From: a virus
Lineage: Duplodnaviria; Caudoviricetes
Length of the DNA: 57,729 nt
Direction: 5' to 3' (one strand)
Virus record (IMG/VR): IMGVR_UViG_3300033407_000016
Location: 1-57,729 of that record
Below, piece after piece: positions 8,878-18,343 of the stretch. The notes beneath the pieces were generated by a model. It was not told the origin of the DNA, did no database searches, and saw nothing but the letters and a program-made list of their open reading frames with translations. The position numbers and the translations under genes are program-made. Numbering within the stretch: position 1 is the stretch's first letter; every line of letters begins with the position of its first letter.

Positions 8878-9137
8878 TTGACCTCCCAGGTCAGGATAGT
8901 GTGATTCTTGCGGTTCCCCTTGGCCGCTTCGGCATCTTCCTCACGGAGATGCACGGACATGATCTCGCCCCTCGGACCATGCACGATATACACAGCCCTG
9001 AGTTGAGTCTCGATCAGATTCATGCAGGTCACGAGCCAGCGAAGGGCATCTGCCCGGTCATCGCCGGTCTGTTCGACCTGAACAGCCGCGCAGGTCTGCA
9101 CGATCTTTCTGGCCGCATCAGAACGGGACATCGTCAT
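8874..9137 (-). CDS. hypothetical protein
   Basis: ORF packed between its neighbours. Confidence 0.5.
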   Translation of the reverse strand: MTMSRSDAARKIVQTCAAVQVEQTGDDRADALRWLVTCMNLIETQLRAVYIVHGPRGEIMSVHLREEDAEAAKGNRKNHTILTWEVK

Positions 9138-9477
9138 CCTTCGGTGCAGGAGCATCGGGAGACTTCGGGCTCAGGAACTCCACCGACTGGGCGACGATCT
9201 CGGTCGTGAACACTCGGACCCCGTCCTTCTCGTACTCACCGTACTCGATTCGCCCCTCGACCAGCAGCTTTGAGCCCTTGTGGACATACTGCGCCACGAC
9301 CTCGGCCTGACGGCCCCAGAACTTGATGCGGTGCCAGCTAGTCTTCTCCTGAAGCACTCCATCCTTCTTCCACTTCTCGTTCGTCGCGAGTGAGATGCGG
9401 GCGTACGCCGTGCCGTTCGTAGTTGTGCCAGCGTCGGGGTCCATCCCCGCGTTGCCGACCAAGATTACCTTGTTCAT
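9118..9477 (-). CDS. ssb: single-stranded DNA-binding protein
   Basis: MNKVILVGN, SLATNE, WHRI, KGSKLLVEGR; acidic DDVPF tail. Confidence 0.95.
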   Translation of the reverse strand: MNKVILVGNAGMDPDAGTTTNGTAYARISLATNEKWKKDGVLQEKTSWHRIKFWGRQAEVVAQYVHKGSKLLVEGRIEYGEYEKDGVRVFTTEIVAQSVEFLSPKSPDAPAPKDDDVPF

Positions 9478-9743
9478 CCCTCGAACTCCTTCATGTTGTG
9501 CATCGACAACGCACCGACGTACATCTCACGGCACTTCTGCTTCTTCGTGTCGCGTCCCTGCATCACCCAGTAGAACTGGCGGCTGCCGTCCTCGAACCCA
9601 GTGCCGACAACCACGTCATGCCCCTCGGCCTTCAATCGACGAAGCTCCGGCACCACATCGTCCAGGCTCTTGAGTCGTTTCATCAGATCCCGCAACGTGC
9701 GCGGTGTCTTCATCCATTCAGCGGTGAGTGCCGTTCCGTTCAT
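9474..9743 (-). CDS. hypothetical protein
   Basis: ORF with GGAG SD, ATGA-coupled to ssb. Confidence 0.55.
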   Translation of the reverse strand: MNGTALTAEWMKTPRTLRDLMKRLKSLDDVVPELRRLKAEGHDVVVGTGFEDGSRQFYWVMQGRDTKKQKCREMYVGALSMHNMKEFEG

Positions 9744-9744
9744 G

Positions 9745-10440
9745 TCAAGCTCCAATCCGCTTGGTGGTGTTGATGTTGATGCGCCGACCGTCGAGGCGTC
9801 CCTGGTCGCGTGCGCTGTGGTCGCTGCGATAGTGCCTCCCACTGCCCTGAACCAGGCCGAGTTGACGTTCGATACGCTCGACGTGCCTCTCGCGTTCCTT
9901 GATCACCGCGAGCGCGTTGTCGACCACGATGAGCGCGGTGCCTGTGCTGGCCTCGCTGTACGCGGTAGTGACCGCAGCCTCGCGGGCTTCCTTCAGACGA
10001 GCGCGCAGCGTGTCGACCACGCCGTGCCGCCAGTTGTTGGTCCACGTCCGGCCGTTGCCGCCGTAGGGGCGACCCAGGCTCGTGATCTCGCGAGTGAGAA
10101 AGGCGTAGAGGTAGCGCACGCCCTGCGTGTCGCCCTCTTCGCCGATGATCTTCAAGTCCGCGCCACAGCGGTAGATCTTGCAGGAGTTGACGGCGGCAAT
10201 CGCCATCGCGAGCCGCGCACGCCATGCGGGGAGACGGCCGCTCGAATCCAGCGGGTCTTCCCAGTCCTTGATCAGCTCGGCGCGCTCGTTCAGGTGCAGC
10301 GAAGCCTCGCTGATCTGGTGCTTGGTCATTAGCGCCTGGGCTCGTGACGCAGCGTTCGCCGCCTCGCCCTCAGTCGCGCTCGGAGCGTTCGCAAGGTTGA
10401 GCAGCTTCTTGATAGTGGCTAGTGTCTTGGAATCGGCCAT
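9745..10440 (-). CDS. DUF2786-domain protein
   Basis: IKKLLNLA...TEGEAANA..RAQALMTKH N-terminal motif. Confidence 0.8.
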   Translation of the reverse strand: MADSKTLATIKKLLNLANAPSATEGEAANAASRAQALMTKHQISEASLHLNERAELIKDWEDPLDSSGRLPAWRARLAMAIAAVNSCKIYRCGADLKIIGEEGDTQGVRYLYAFLTREITSLGRPYGGNGRTWTNNWRHGVVDTLRARLKEAREAAVTTAYSEASTGTALIVVDNALAVIKERERHVERIERQLGLVQGSGRHYRSDHSARDQGRLDGRRININTTKRIGA

Positions 10441-10480
10441 GGTGTGTCCCTTCTGTGTTGGCATGTGCCTGACTTCAGAG

Positions 10481-10510
10481 ATTATACCATAGATCGGATC
10501 AGGATGTCAA
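10481..10510 (-). promoter_or_regulatory. sigma70-type promoter
   Basis: TTGACA-18 bp-TATAAT, with TG extended -10. Confidence 0.85.
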
Positions 10511-10806
10511 GCTCTATTTAGCTCCTCCATCATCTTGCGTGCCGCCTCGATCAGGCGCTGGTTGTTGCGAATCTCGTACTGGAGCTTGCGGGCCTGTTGC
10601 ACCTTGCGCGCCATGAAGTCTTTCAGCGCCGCTCGCTCACTCTTGTGCACCGGCATCTCCTTGTTGAACCGTCGGCGATAGTGCCAGGCTCGGTAGCTCC
10701 CGTCCAGCATGATCTGCTTCGCTGTGACCGTCGCCTCAGCCGAGTCGATGAATAGCTCATTGTTCGAGCCAGCGTAGACTCTGTAGACCTTCATCGCTTC
10801 AGCCAC
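10507..10806 (-). CDS. hypothetical protein
   Basis: 99-aa ORF, coiled-coil-like C-terminus. Confidence 0.6.
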   Translation of the reverse strand: MAEAMKVYRVYAGSNNELFIDSAEATVTAKQIMLDGSYRAWHYRRRFNKEMPVHKSERAALKDFMARKVQQARKLQYEIRNNQRLIEAARKMMEELNRA

Positions 10807-11038
10807 GCTCCACCTCCGAGATCAAGTCGTCCAGCTCCATGTACAACTCGGTCTCGTGCAGATCCATCTTCGCGCCTACGCCGTAGTACGCCGGCGAACC
10901 GTCGGGCTTCCGCACCCACGGCAGCACCTCGTGTGCGGCGTGGTAGTCGACCTTGTTCAGTCGATCGTGAAGTGTGACCACGCCCCATGCGATCAGGAGC
11001 GCGGCCCAAACAGCGACCATGACGTATGTGATGATCAT
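10799..11038 (-). CDS. small membrane protein
   Basis: N-terminal hydrophobic helix. Confidence 0.6.
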   Translation of the reverse strand: MIITYVMVAVWAALLIAWGVVTLHDRLNKVDYHAAHEVLPWVRKPDGSPAYYGVGAKMDLHETELYMELDDLISEVERG

Positions 11039-11901
11039 CCCAGCACTTCCTGCAACAGTGCGGCACTCGTCGGCCGCTTGAAGAATCCGAACGCCGCGTC
11101 ATCGCGACTGGCCTCAAACTTGGCGGTGAACCCCACCCTGGGCTGTATGCGACGGATGATCTGACGCAGACCTTCGTAGTTGTACAGCTCACTTATCGCG
11201 CTGCTCAGCCCCTCGGGCATCGTGCCGTACACCTTGTAGGCTCCGCCCCCGACCTCGACTCGCACGATCATCTTGCAGACATCAGTGTCATAATAGCCCG
11301 CCACCCACTTGATGCCGACCACGGTGCCTTCGATGCGGCAGCGGCCTTTGAGGACACTGGCAGGGATGGGCATCGGAGGAAACTCGACCCGCACCTGTGC
11401 CTCGTCATAGAGCCGTTTCAGGAAGGCGACCTGCTTCGTGGTCAGCGAGCCCCACCGCTCCAGCTTGGCCTTCATGTCCTTCACGATTGGATGGTCGAGC
11501 GATAGGTAGACTCGAACCTCGGGGAACATGAGCAGGAACATGATCATCTCTTGGAGACGTGCGTTCCGCTCCTGCTTGCGCTGAGCTGCACGGATCGCCA
11601 TGTCGCGCAGCCCCTGGTATTTGTGGTCGTCGGCCATGAGGCCATACTTCTCAGCGCACACATGGCCGATCGAGATACGCAGCCCCGTGGGCTCGTGCTC
11701 CCATGCCTCACCGTAGCGGAACTGGGTGCCACACACGCAGCACTTGCCGAGTGAAATGTAGTTCTCGACTGGCTTGGCCTCGATGAAGCGCGCACAAACA
11801 ACGACATTGAATGGAATGTCGCCGGGCTGGTTGCCGCCGAGATCGTAGCTGTCGAAGTAGCGGAATTCGGAAGGGACGATGGTGCTGGGGGAGAAGCGCA
11901 T
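11035..11901 (-). CDS. hypothetical protein with Zn-finger
   Basis: CCVCG...IGHVCA; AGGAGG SD; C-terminal GFFKRPT. Confidence 0.75.
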   Translation of the reverse strand: MRFSPSTIVPSEFRYFDSYDLGGNQPGDIPFNVVVCARFIEAKPVENYISLGKCCVCGTQFRYGEAWEHEPTGLRISIGHVCAEKYGLMADDHKYQGLRDMAIRAAQRKQERNARLQEMIMFLLMFPEVRVYLSLDHPIVKDMKAKLERWGSLTTKQVAFLKRLYDEAQVRVEFPPMPIPASVLKGRCRIEGTVVGIKWVAGYYDTDVCKMIVRVEVGGGAYKVYGTMPEGLSSAISELYNYEGLRQIIRRIQPRVGFTAKFEASRDDAAFGFFKRPTSAALLQEVLG

Positions 11902-11937
11902 GATGCCTCCTGCTGTATTTGGTGCCTCTACCCCATA

Positions 11938-11965
11938 ATCCTAGCACACCTGGTGATAAAGTCAA
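11938..11965 (-). promoter_or_regulatory. sigma70-type promoter
   Basis: TTGACT-16 bp-TAGGAT with TG extension, upstream of 11901. Confidence 0.55.
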
Positions 11966-11966
11966 C

Positions 11967-14276
11967 CTAGAATGGCAAATCTTCCGCACTTTCCTCGATG
12001 TCCGGGTTGTCCCACGTCATGGTGGAGCGATGCCCATTGTTCCACATATTTCGAGCAGTGAGGATGTCAGGGAGCACATTCAATCGGATCCTGGCCCCGT
12101 CGCGCGAGGTTGTCACGCTTCGCATCGGCCCGAGTTGCTTCCTGATGAAATACGCGAGCTGGGCCGGACTGAGCCGCTGCATGGGCGTGGTGCTGGACAT
12201 GACGAACTCATTGTAGGACACATGCAGGTCCGGGTTCGCCATTTGTGTGGAGTTCATGCCCCAGGGACGGTCCGGGCCGAACGAGGCTTCTGTCAACACA
12301 TGCAGCCACCACTCCTCGTGCGGCAGTAACGAATGCTTCTTCTGTGCGTCCAACGCCTTCGTCTGCGGGACATCAAACAGGTTGAACGCGCCCAGGTCGT
12401 ACGTCATCAAGTAGTACAGCAGATTCTCGTAGCCGCCGCTGGACAGGTCATCAGCGATCGCGGCGAAGTGGGCATTGTTGCGCATGCGCTTGTCGTTCAC
12501 ATCTACGACGAAGAAGCGGCGGTCTTGTGCCTCGACCGGCACGACCCAGTCGCTGTTCGAGGCGAGCATCAGGTGAGCGAAGTTCGGTGCGACCTCGGCA
12601 TCGCGTCCCTTCGCTTCCACCATCTGAAGCTCCTCCGTGATCAGCGTCTTGAGCGTTGACACATGGCGCTTGTCACCGGCGTAGAATGCCTCATCACCGA
12701 ACACGAGCAAGGCATCACGGAGATGGTTGTTGAAGTTGCCGATCAGGTGGGAAGCGTTTGAGATGTGCAGGAAGTGGCGACCAAACAGCTTGCCGAAGTG
12801 TGTGGCCAGGAAGCTCTTGCCCGTGCCAGGCAGCCCACGCATCACAACGCACGTACCGCCAGGACTGGCAGGCGTCTGCACCAGCGTCGCCATCCAGCTC
12901 ACGAGATAGTCGGCGTGCTCCTGGTTGCCGTCACAGATCACTTCGAGGATGTGGCCCTGCAGTCCTTGATGCTTGACGCCAGGGATCGCATCATACTGCC
13001 ATCCCTGCCACAAGTTGTAGCAGTCCGGCGTGTCCATGCCTGGGGCGAACGTGACTCGGTTGTACTGACGGCGTTGTGGGTGCTTCAACCACCAGCTTCC
13101 GATAGGCTCAAGTCCAGGCTCACCGTTCGCCTTGAGCACTGCCTCGAACTGGTTCATGTAGCGGTTGCGGAAGTCGGTGAAGCTCTGCGACGTAAGGTTG
13201 TGGCGCTTCATCACCGGATCGTACAGATCCTCGACCACGAGACACTTGCCGCCGTAGTTCGTGATCACTGCGTGACGCTCGTTCAAAATGCGCAGGTTGG
13301 TGGACGTAGCTTCCATCTTGGCGCGCTCGATCTGTCGCTTCGCGTAGCGGTCCACATCCTTCGCTTCGAGCACGCTCTCGCTGATGCCGAAGTTGGGATC
13401 GGTGATCACGCTATAGATGATCTCGTCCGGGCACTTGGCCCGTACCATCTGACAGCACACATCGAACAGCCACGAGCTGCGGCTGTCATCGTCCTTCAGC
13501 TCGTCAGGGTGACGGCCTTGAACGATGATGACCTTGACGCGGTCAGCGATCTTCCATTCATCCAGGTCGTCAACACCGGCCAGGCGCGGGATGTTGCCGC
13601 TGATGTTAACAGTGAATGCGCCGTGTGATGCTGGCGTGGTGTCTGCCGCTGGTGTGAACTCAGAAAGTGGGTACGAGGTCTTGTCGAAGTAGAGCACGCT
13701 CGCTTCGATCGGCACGCGACCCTTCGCCACCTTCTGCGCGCTCGGATAGTTGACCGTGCCCGGCAGCCGCATGATGCGGTCGACGTTGTGGCAGTTGTCG
13801 CCGCCATAGATCAGCTCGATCTGCTTGTTGTAGCGCGCAGCCGCTGTGTACGCCGCTTCCTCGCCATTGATAGAGATCGACTCCGACAGTCGCCAGAAGC
13901 ACTGAAACCCGCCGCCCGAGTAGATGACTGCGGTGGGCTTGGGCACGCCCACCTGCTCGGTCATGACGAGCGCCTTGATTCGATCCAGCTCGACCAGTAG
14001 ATCGCCCGGGCCAGCGTCGATATCGACATGAAGCCAATGCACGGCCTTGATGTTCTCGCGCTCCGCCTTCTTGTTCTCCGCAGCGATCACCTCGCCCACG
14101 GAGAAGTAGATGTTGCGCTTCTTGGCAGCGTTCATCTCTTTGACCCACTCAGCCGCTTCCTTCAACTGCCCTGGGCCAAATGCCTGACTGTCGACACCCT
14201 TGCGGTCGGTCGCGATCGCGGTGAGCAGCCATGTGCGCTCCGGGTGAAACTTCTTCAGGAATTGAACTGGGGTCAT
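11967..14276 (-). CDS. primase-helicase (RepB-type primase + SF3/DUF5906 helicase)
   Basis: HVDID, SGGGFQ, RIMRLPGT primase motifs; GLPGTGKS Walker A, FGDE, ASN...DRRF. Confidence 0.9.
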   Translation of the reverse strand: MTPVQFLKKFHPERTWLLTAIATDRKGVDSQAFGPGQLKEAAEWVKEMNAAKKRNIYFSVGEVIAAENKKAERENIKAVHWLHVDIDAGPGDLLVELDRIKALVMTEQVGVPKPTAVIYSGGGFQCFWRLSESISINGEEAAYTAAARYNKQIELIYGGDNCHNVDRIMRLPGTVNYPSAQKVAKGRVPIEASVLYFDKTSYPLSEFTPAADTTPASHGAFTVNISGNIPRLAGVDDLDEWKIADRVKVIIVQGRHPDELKDDDSRSSWLFDVCCQMVRAKCPDEIIYSVITDPNFGISESVLEAKDVDRYAKRQIERAKMEATSTNLRILNERHAVITNYGGKCLVVEDLYDPVMKRHNLTSQSFTDFRNRYMNQFEAVLKANGEPGLEPIGSWWLKHPQRRQYNRVTFAPGMDTPDCYNLWQGWQYDAIPGVKHQGLQGHILEVICDGNQEHADYLVSWMATLVQTPASPGGTCVVMRGLPGTGKSFLATHFGKLFGRHFLHISNASHLIGNFNNHLRDALLVFGDEAFYAGDKRHVSTLKTLITEELQMVEAKGRDAEVAPNFAHLMLASNSDWVVPVEAQDRRFFVVDVNDKRMRNNAHFAAIADDLSSGGYENLLYYLMTYDLGAFNLFDVPQTKALDAQKKHSLLPHEEWWLHVLTEASFGPDRPWGMNSTQMANPDLHVSYNEFVMSSTTPMQRLSPAQLAYFIRKQLGPMRSVTTSRDGARIRLNVLPDILTARNMWNNGHRSTMTWDNPDIEESAEDLPF

Positions 14277-14734
14277 TCGCGTAGCCTTGCAATGTCTTCT
14301 GGTGTGAATACGAACGGTGGCAGCTTAGTCTCGTTCAAATATTGTGCCAAGAACTTGGCATCGAGGCCGTCGCTCCAATAGTCGCCGCGCGTCACGTTCG
14401 CTGCTTCGATCAGCTCCTCGCGCGTTGACTTGTTGACTACCATAGCTGCGACCGCCCCATCAAGCAAGATCCACTCACGCCGGCATTGGATCAGCACCCA
14501 TGACTGACCGCCAGCCATGCGCCTGCGATAGTGCCACACACGCTGCTGTGGTGTAAAGTGTGGAATGGCGACAATCCCGCCACGCGACGGCCAAGAACGC
14601 AGCCACTTCAGCTCAATCCAGCCCTCGACATAGTTCACGTCTGGCGTTCCCGGCAGGACTGGATTCTCGACGGCGATCGCGTTCAGGGAGCGAAGATCAC
14701 GAACAACTCTCTGCCTCATCCTCGATTCACTCAT
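14273..14734 (-). CDS. VRR-NUC / Holliday-junction resolvase-like nuclease
   Basis: VEN..PGTPDV...WIELK...QRVW PD-(D/E)xK motif. Confidence 0.8.
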   Translation of the reverse strand: MSESRMRQRVVRDLRSLNAIAVENPVLPGTPDVNYVEGWIELKWLRSWPSRGGIVAIPHFTPQQRVWHYRRRMAGGQSWVLIQCRREWILLDGAVAAMVVNKSTREELIEAANVTRGDYWSDGLDAKFLAQYLNETKLPPFVFTPEDIARLRE

Positions 14735-15183
14735 ACGACAACCACCTCTATTCCCGCTTCGGCGAACATTCGGCCGGCAACGCCGCTCAAGTCGTAGTGC
14801 TCTCCTGCGCCCTTGCCGGCGAACGGCTTGTCCGGCCCGATCACCCGCGTGACTCCGGCCTGGAGCAGTGCCCGAGCACAGCCAGAGCACACCCCTTCCG
14901 GGCGCCAGTTCAGATAGGCGACGCAGCCAGCGGTGGAGACACCACGACGTGCCGCATCATAGACGGCGTTGCGCTCCGCATGCTCCATCCATTCGTACTT
15001 CACGGGCCTCTCCAGCATGCGACGTGGGGTGTCGACCACATCGCGTGGTATGCCGTTGTAGCCGGTGGCGATAACGGTTCGTGTCGCGGGATTGACCAGA
15101 ACGCATCCGACGTGCGTCGACGGATCCTTGCTCCATGTCGAGACCAGCTCGGCCATCTCGATGAATCGGCGATGCCACTTCAT
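14731..15183 (-). CDS. dCMP deaminase
   Basis: SKDPST.VG, GYNG, HAERNA, CSGCARALLQAGV. Confidence 0.92.
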   Translation of the reverse strand: MKWHRRFIEMAELVSTWSKDPSTHVGCVLVNPATRTVIATGYNGIPRDVVDTPRRMLERPVKYEWMEHAERNAVYDAARRGVSTAGCVAYLNWRPEGVCSGCARALLQAGVTRVIGPDKPFAGKGAGEHYDLSGVAGRMFAEAGIEVVVV

Positions 15184-15551
15184 CGCAGCTCTTTCATCTT
15201 GGGCAGGTCGTTCAGCGCAGCCTCGAACGACGCCGGCGAGTGGCAAACCACATGCAGCATCTCCGCGTACCTGCGCCGCTTCTCGTTCACGAACACGATA
15301 GGCTTGTCGAGCGCGTGCGCGTAGCCGATCTCGAAGGCGAGATTCGGCCAGCCAGGGTTGTCTACCTCCATGTAGGCGAACACCATGTCGCACTCCCTAA
15401 TCATTTGCTTGTCCTTCTCCGTGTAGTTGCGGGAGTCGTGTATCTTGTGCTCGCTCGGGTCGAGGAACTCGACATGCTCCAGATGGCGCACCGCGTCCTT
15501 GACCGCTTGCTGCCACCTGCTCACGAATCCGCCTGCCAGATAGATCTTCAT
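15180..15551 (-). CDS. nucleoside 2-deoxyribosyltransferase / NMP N-glycosidase family
   Basis: KIYLAG, D...I..CD, FEIGYAHAL.KP. Confidence 0.85.
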   Translation of the reverse strand: MKIYLAGGFVSRWQQAVKDAVRHLEHVEFLDPSEHKIHDSRNYTEKDKQMIRECDMVFAYMEVDNPGWPNLAFEIGYAHALDKPIVFVNEKRRRYAEMLHVVCHSPASFEAALNDLPKMKELR

Positions 15552-15629
15552 GGCTTCTCCCCAAGCTCTCCGCTAAGTATGTGAACGACGCCGGTGTGCT
15601 GCTAGCCACGCGCTTGCCGGATTGGATCC

Positions 15630-17555
15630 TCACTCTGCGATCTCCTTCGCTTCGCCCCAGCTCGGACCGATCTCGATGTCGACCTTCGAGGGCACGTTGA
15701 TCTTGACGCAGGTCCGCATGATGTGAGCGACTGCATTGGCCTGTGAGATGTTCTCAACTCCGGCACAAACCTCGTCATGGACCTGAAGCTGTAGGGGCAG
15801 GCCAGCCTCATGGATCCTGATCATCGCCAACTTGGTCTGGTCAGCGGACGACCCCTGAATCAATCGGTTGAGTGCCTTGAACGTCCAGTCATAGCCACCG
15901 TTCGCAGCGACCGGGAACCGGCAGCGCCGACCAAGCAGAGTCTTGATGTAGCCGCGCGCCTTGGCCCTGCGCTCACAGTTATAGCTCAGTTTGCGCACGA
16001 ACGGCACACGCTCATCAAACAGGGCGAACAGCGCCTGGGCGTCTGGGCCAGCCGCCTCGTACGCGCCCCTCGATCCTTGTCGCATCTCCGTCGGCAGTCC
16101 GACCGATCTCGCGAGCTTCCCGGATCCCATGCCGTAGCACATACCCAGGAAGATCTGTTTGCACTCCGTACGTCGCTTCTTCCATGTCGGATCGTCTTCA
16201 GTGATCCCAGGATAGATCATCTGTGTCATCATCGCGTGGTTGTCGGTATTGGGGTTGTTGCGATAGCGGTCGGCCGCTTCCTTCGCACCAGTCAGTCCGA
16301 TCAGCTCAGCAAAATGGACCAACATGCGAGGCTCCTGCTGCGAGTAGTCCGCAGACATCCATAGATCAGTACCATGATCTGGTACATAGATTGAGCGCCA
16401 CAGCTTGGCGAAGTCATCACGAGCCGGCTGGTTCTGCATGTTCGGGTCGGACGAGCTGAGCCTGCCATACTTGGCGCCCGCTCCTTCTCCCGTCTCTCTG
16501 GCCCGCCGCATCTGGTTGAACGTGCAGTGGATCCTGCCGTTGACCATATGCTTGTTGATGCTGGCCACGAAGCCGGTGCGCAGCTTGTTCATCTTGCGTG
16601 CCATCAGGATGGCATCCGTTGCTGGATGACCGACCTGTTCGAGCAGATCCTTGTCGATCTGCCACTGTCCCGTGGTCGTCCTCTTCATCCTGATGTTGAG
16701 CTTGTCCATGATAGGCAGGAGCGCCTTCTTCGCGTTCACATCCCCAACAGCAAGCTGGACACCAGTCAGTTGCTTGATGCGAACGAGCTGTGCCTTCTCC
16801 TGCTTGATGGACCACGCAGCGATCTCGTCTAGCTTGTCGGTGTCGATCCGCACTCCATGGCGCCGCATCCCGAGCAGGATTGGCTGGAGAGTGCTCTCCA
16901 TGTCGTAGATGGTGCGCAGGCCCTGTCGATCAATCTCATCTTCCTGCTTCTGTACCAACGCGCAGATATTGTCTACGTCCCCCTCGGCGTACGCACCGAC
17001 ATAGCGCGCAGGCAGCTTCCACATCTCAGACTTCGGGTTCAGGCCGTACTTCTTCGCGGCCTGACGCAGCAGCGTCTCATCCTTGCCCTTGAAGCCCCAG
17101 CGTCGCAGCACCTCATCGAGCCGGTACGAGTCATGTAGCTCGTACAGCACAGGGTCGGCGATCTGAATGTCCCGCACCGCCTTCACCTTGGGGAAGAGGA
17201 TGCCCTCCTCCGCGAGGTAGTCGAGATCGTACTGGAAGTTGGCCCCAACGATCTCTCCTTCATAGCTGGCGCACATATCCTTCAGGTACCACAGCACGTA
17301 GTCGAGCGGCATGTTGTCGCCGCCCAAGTGGCGCATGGGCAAGTAGTAGGCACGATCATCACCGTCGAGCTTGAACGACACACCAGCAATGAAGCCTCCG
17401 GTACGAATGCTCGGGCCAGTCGTTTTCAGGTTTGGGTCGCACGTCTCGATGTCGATGCCGATACGCTTCGCTTGATTCCACCGCGTGGGCAGTTCGCTCA
17501 TCCGTGGCGGCCGCCACTTCGCACCGAGCGGGAAGGGTAGGTGCTGGAGACTCAT
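15630..17555 (-). CDS. polA: DNA polymerase, family A with 3'-5' exonuclease
   Basis: DIET, YDL, GRLSSSDPNMQN, DYSQQEPR, KxxFLGxxYG, IQGSSAD, QVHDE. Confidence 0.97.
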   Translation of the reverse strand: MSLQHLPFPLGAKWRPPRMSELPTRWNQAKRIGIDIETCDPNLKTTGPSIRTGGFIAGVSFKLDGDDRAYYLPMRHLGGDNMPLDYVLWYLKDMCASYEGEIVGANFQYDLDYLAEEGILFPKVKAVRDIQIADPVLYELHDSYRLDEVLRRWGFKGKDETLLRQAAKKYGLNPKSEMWKLPARYVGAYAEGDVDNICALVQKQEDEIDRQGLRTIYDMESTLQPILLGMRRHGVRIDTDKLDEIAAWSIKQEKAQLVRIKQLTGVQLAVGDVNAKKALLPIMDKLNIRMKRTTTGQWQIDKDLLEQVGHPATDAILMARKMNKLRTGFVASINKHMVNGRIHCTFNQMRRARETGEGAGAKYGRLSSSDPNMQNQPARDDFAKLWRSIYVPDHGTDLWMSADYSQQEPRMLVHFAELIGLTGAKEAADRYRNNPNTDNHAMMTQMIYPGITEDDPTWKKRRTECKQIFLGMCYGMGSGKLARSVGLPTEMRQGSRGAYEAAGPDAQALFALFDERVPFVRKLSYNCERRAKARGYIKTLLGRRCRFPVAANGGYDWTFKALNRLIQGSSADQTKLAMIRIHEAGLPLQLQVHDEVCAGVENISQANAVAHIMRTCVKINVPSKVDIEIGPSWGEAKEIAE

Positions 17556-18343
17556 GACCGAGCTTCGACGAATTGAACCATGGCGCGGCGCCAGTCGGAC
17601 GACTTGATGCGGCCCGCTAGGTTGAGCGCCTGCTTCTTCTCCTCGCAATTGAGCGCGGCCAACATGGGGATGGCGGTTTGCCGGACGAACGGGCTGGTGT
17701 AGCCCACGCCTTGGCCCCGTGTTTCGAGATACATCCGCACGTCGCTCCAGAACGCCTCGTCCACCACGATCGGCGTAGCCTCGCACGACCCAAGCGTGTA
17801 GCCATCATAGAAGCGGCGATCGCCCGGCGCGAAGCGTACCTTGGCGATCGTCGCTCGATCCCTGTTCGTGAGGAAGGCCCCGGTCTGGACCAGCGTGAGT
17901 GAGCCCATCTTCAGCCCTGATCGCTGGGCGATAAGCTCTTGCAGCATCGACAGTTGCAGGAACATTGGACCGAAACATGCAGCAAGGATATTGGTTTCTG
18001 AGGTGCATGCGGTCATCGTAAGTTCTTCCGCCGCAACGGTTTGTACGGACACGACGAGCGTCTCGGTCATCAACTGGAACCCAGAAGGCTCGTCCCACAG
18101 ATCATCGGCAATCGTGGCTATCGCGGCCTGTGCCTGATAGAGGCTCAGGAGGGCGTCCGTCAGCTCCTGTGCGGGGTTTCGCCAAATTCCAGGCCATGAC
18201 ACCACCCGCTCCTGCGGCCGTTCCACGACGAGCGTGAGGCCCCCTGGTAGGCGCACGGGGCCTTCATGCCCGAACTTGGGGATGGTTTCGTTGCGGAGCG
18301 CCATCAGCCCCACCTGAGGGTTCCTGGCGGTGATCACGTCCAT
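17552..18343 (-). CDS. divergent thymidylate-synthase-fold protein (dUMP hydroxymethylase-like, probably inactive)
   Basis: VITARN, P.ERV...NP, SMLQE and C-terminal DWRRA match YuA/M6-type hydroxymethylases as recalled; PCN and RSND catalytic motifs not found. Confidence 0.65.
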   Translation of the reverse strand: MDVITARNPQVGLMALRNETIPKFGHEGPVRLPGGLTLVVERPQERVVSWPGIWRNPAQELTDALLSLYQAQAAIATIADDLWDEPSGFQLMTETLVVSVQTVAAEELTMTACTSETNILAACFGPMFLQLSMLQELIAQRSGLKMGSLTLVQTGAFLTNRDRATIAKVRFAPGDRRFYDGYTLGSCEATPIVVDEAFWSDVRMYLETRGQGVGYTSPFVRQTAIPMLAALNCEEKKQALNLAGRIKSSDWRRAMVQFVEARS

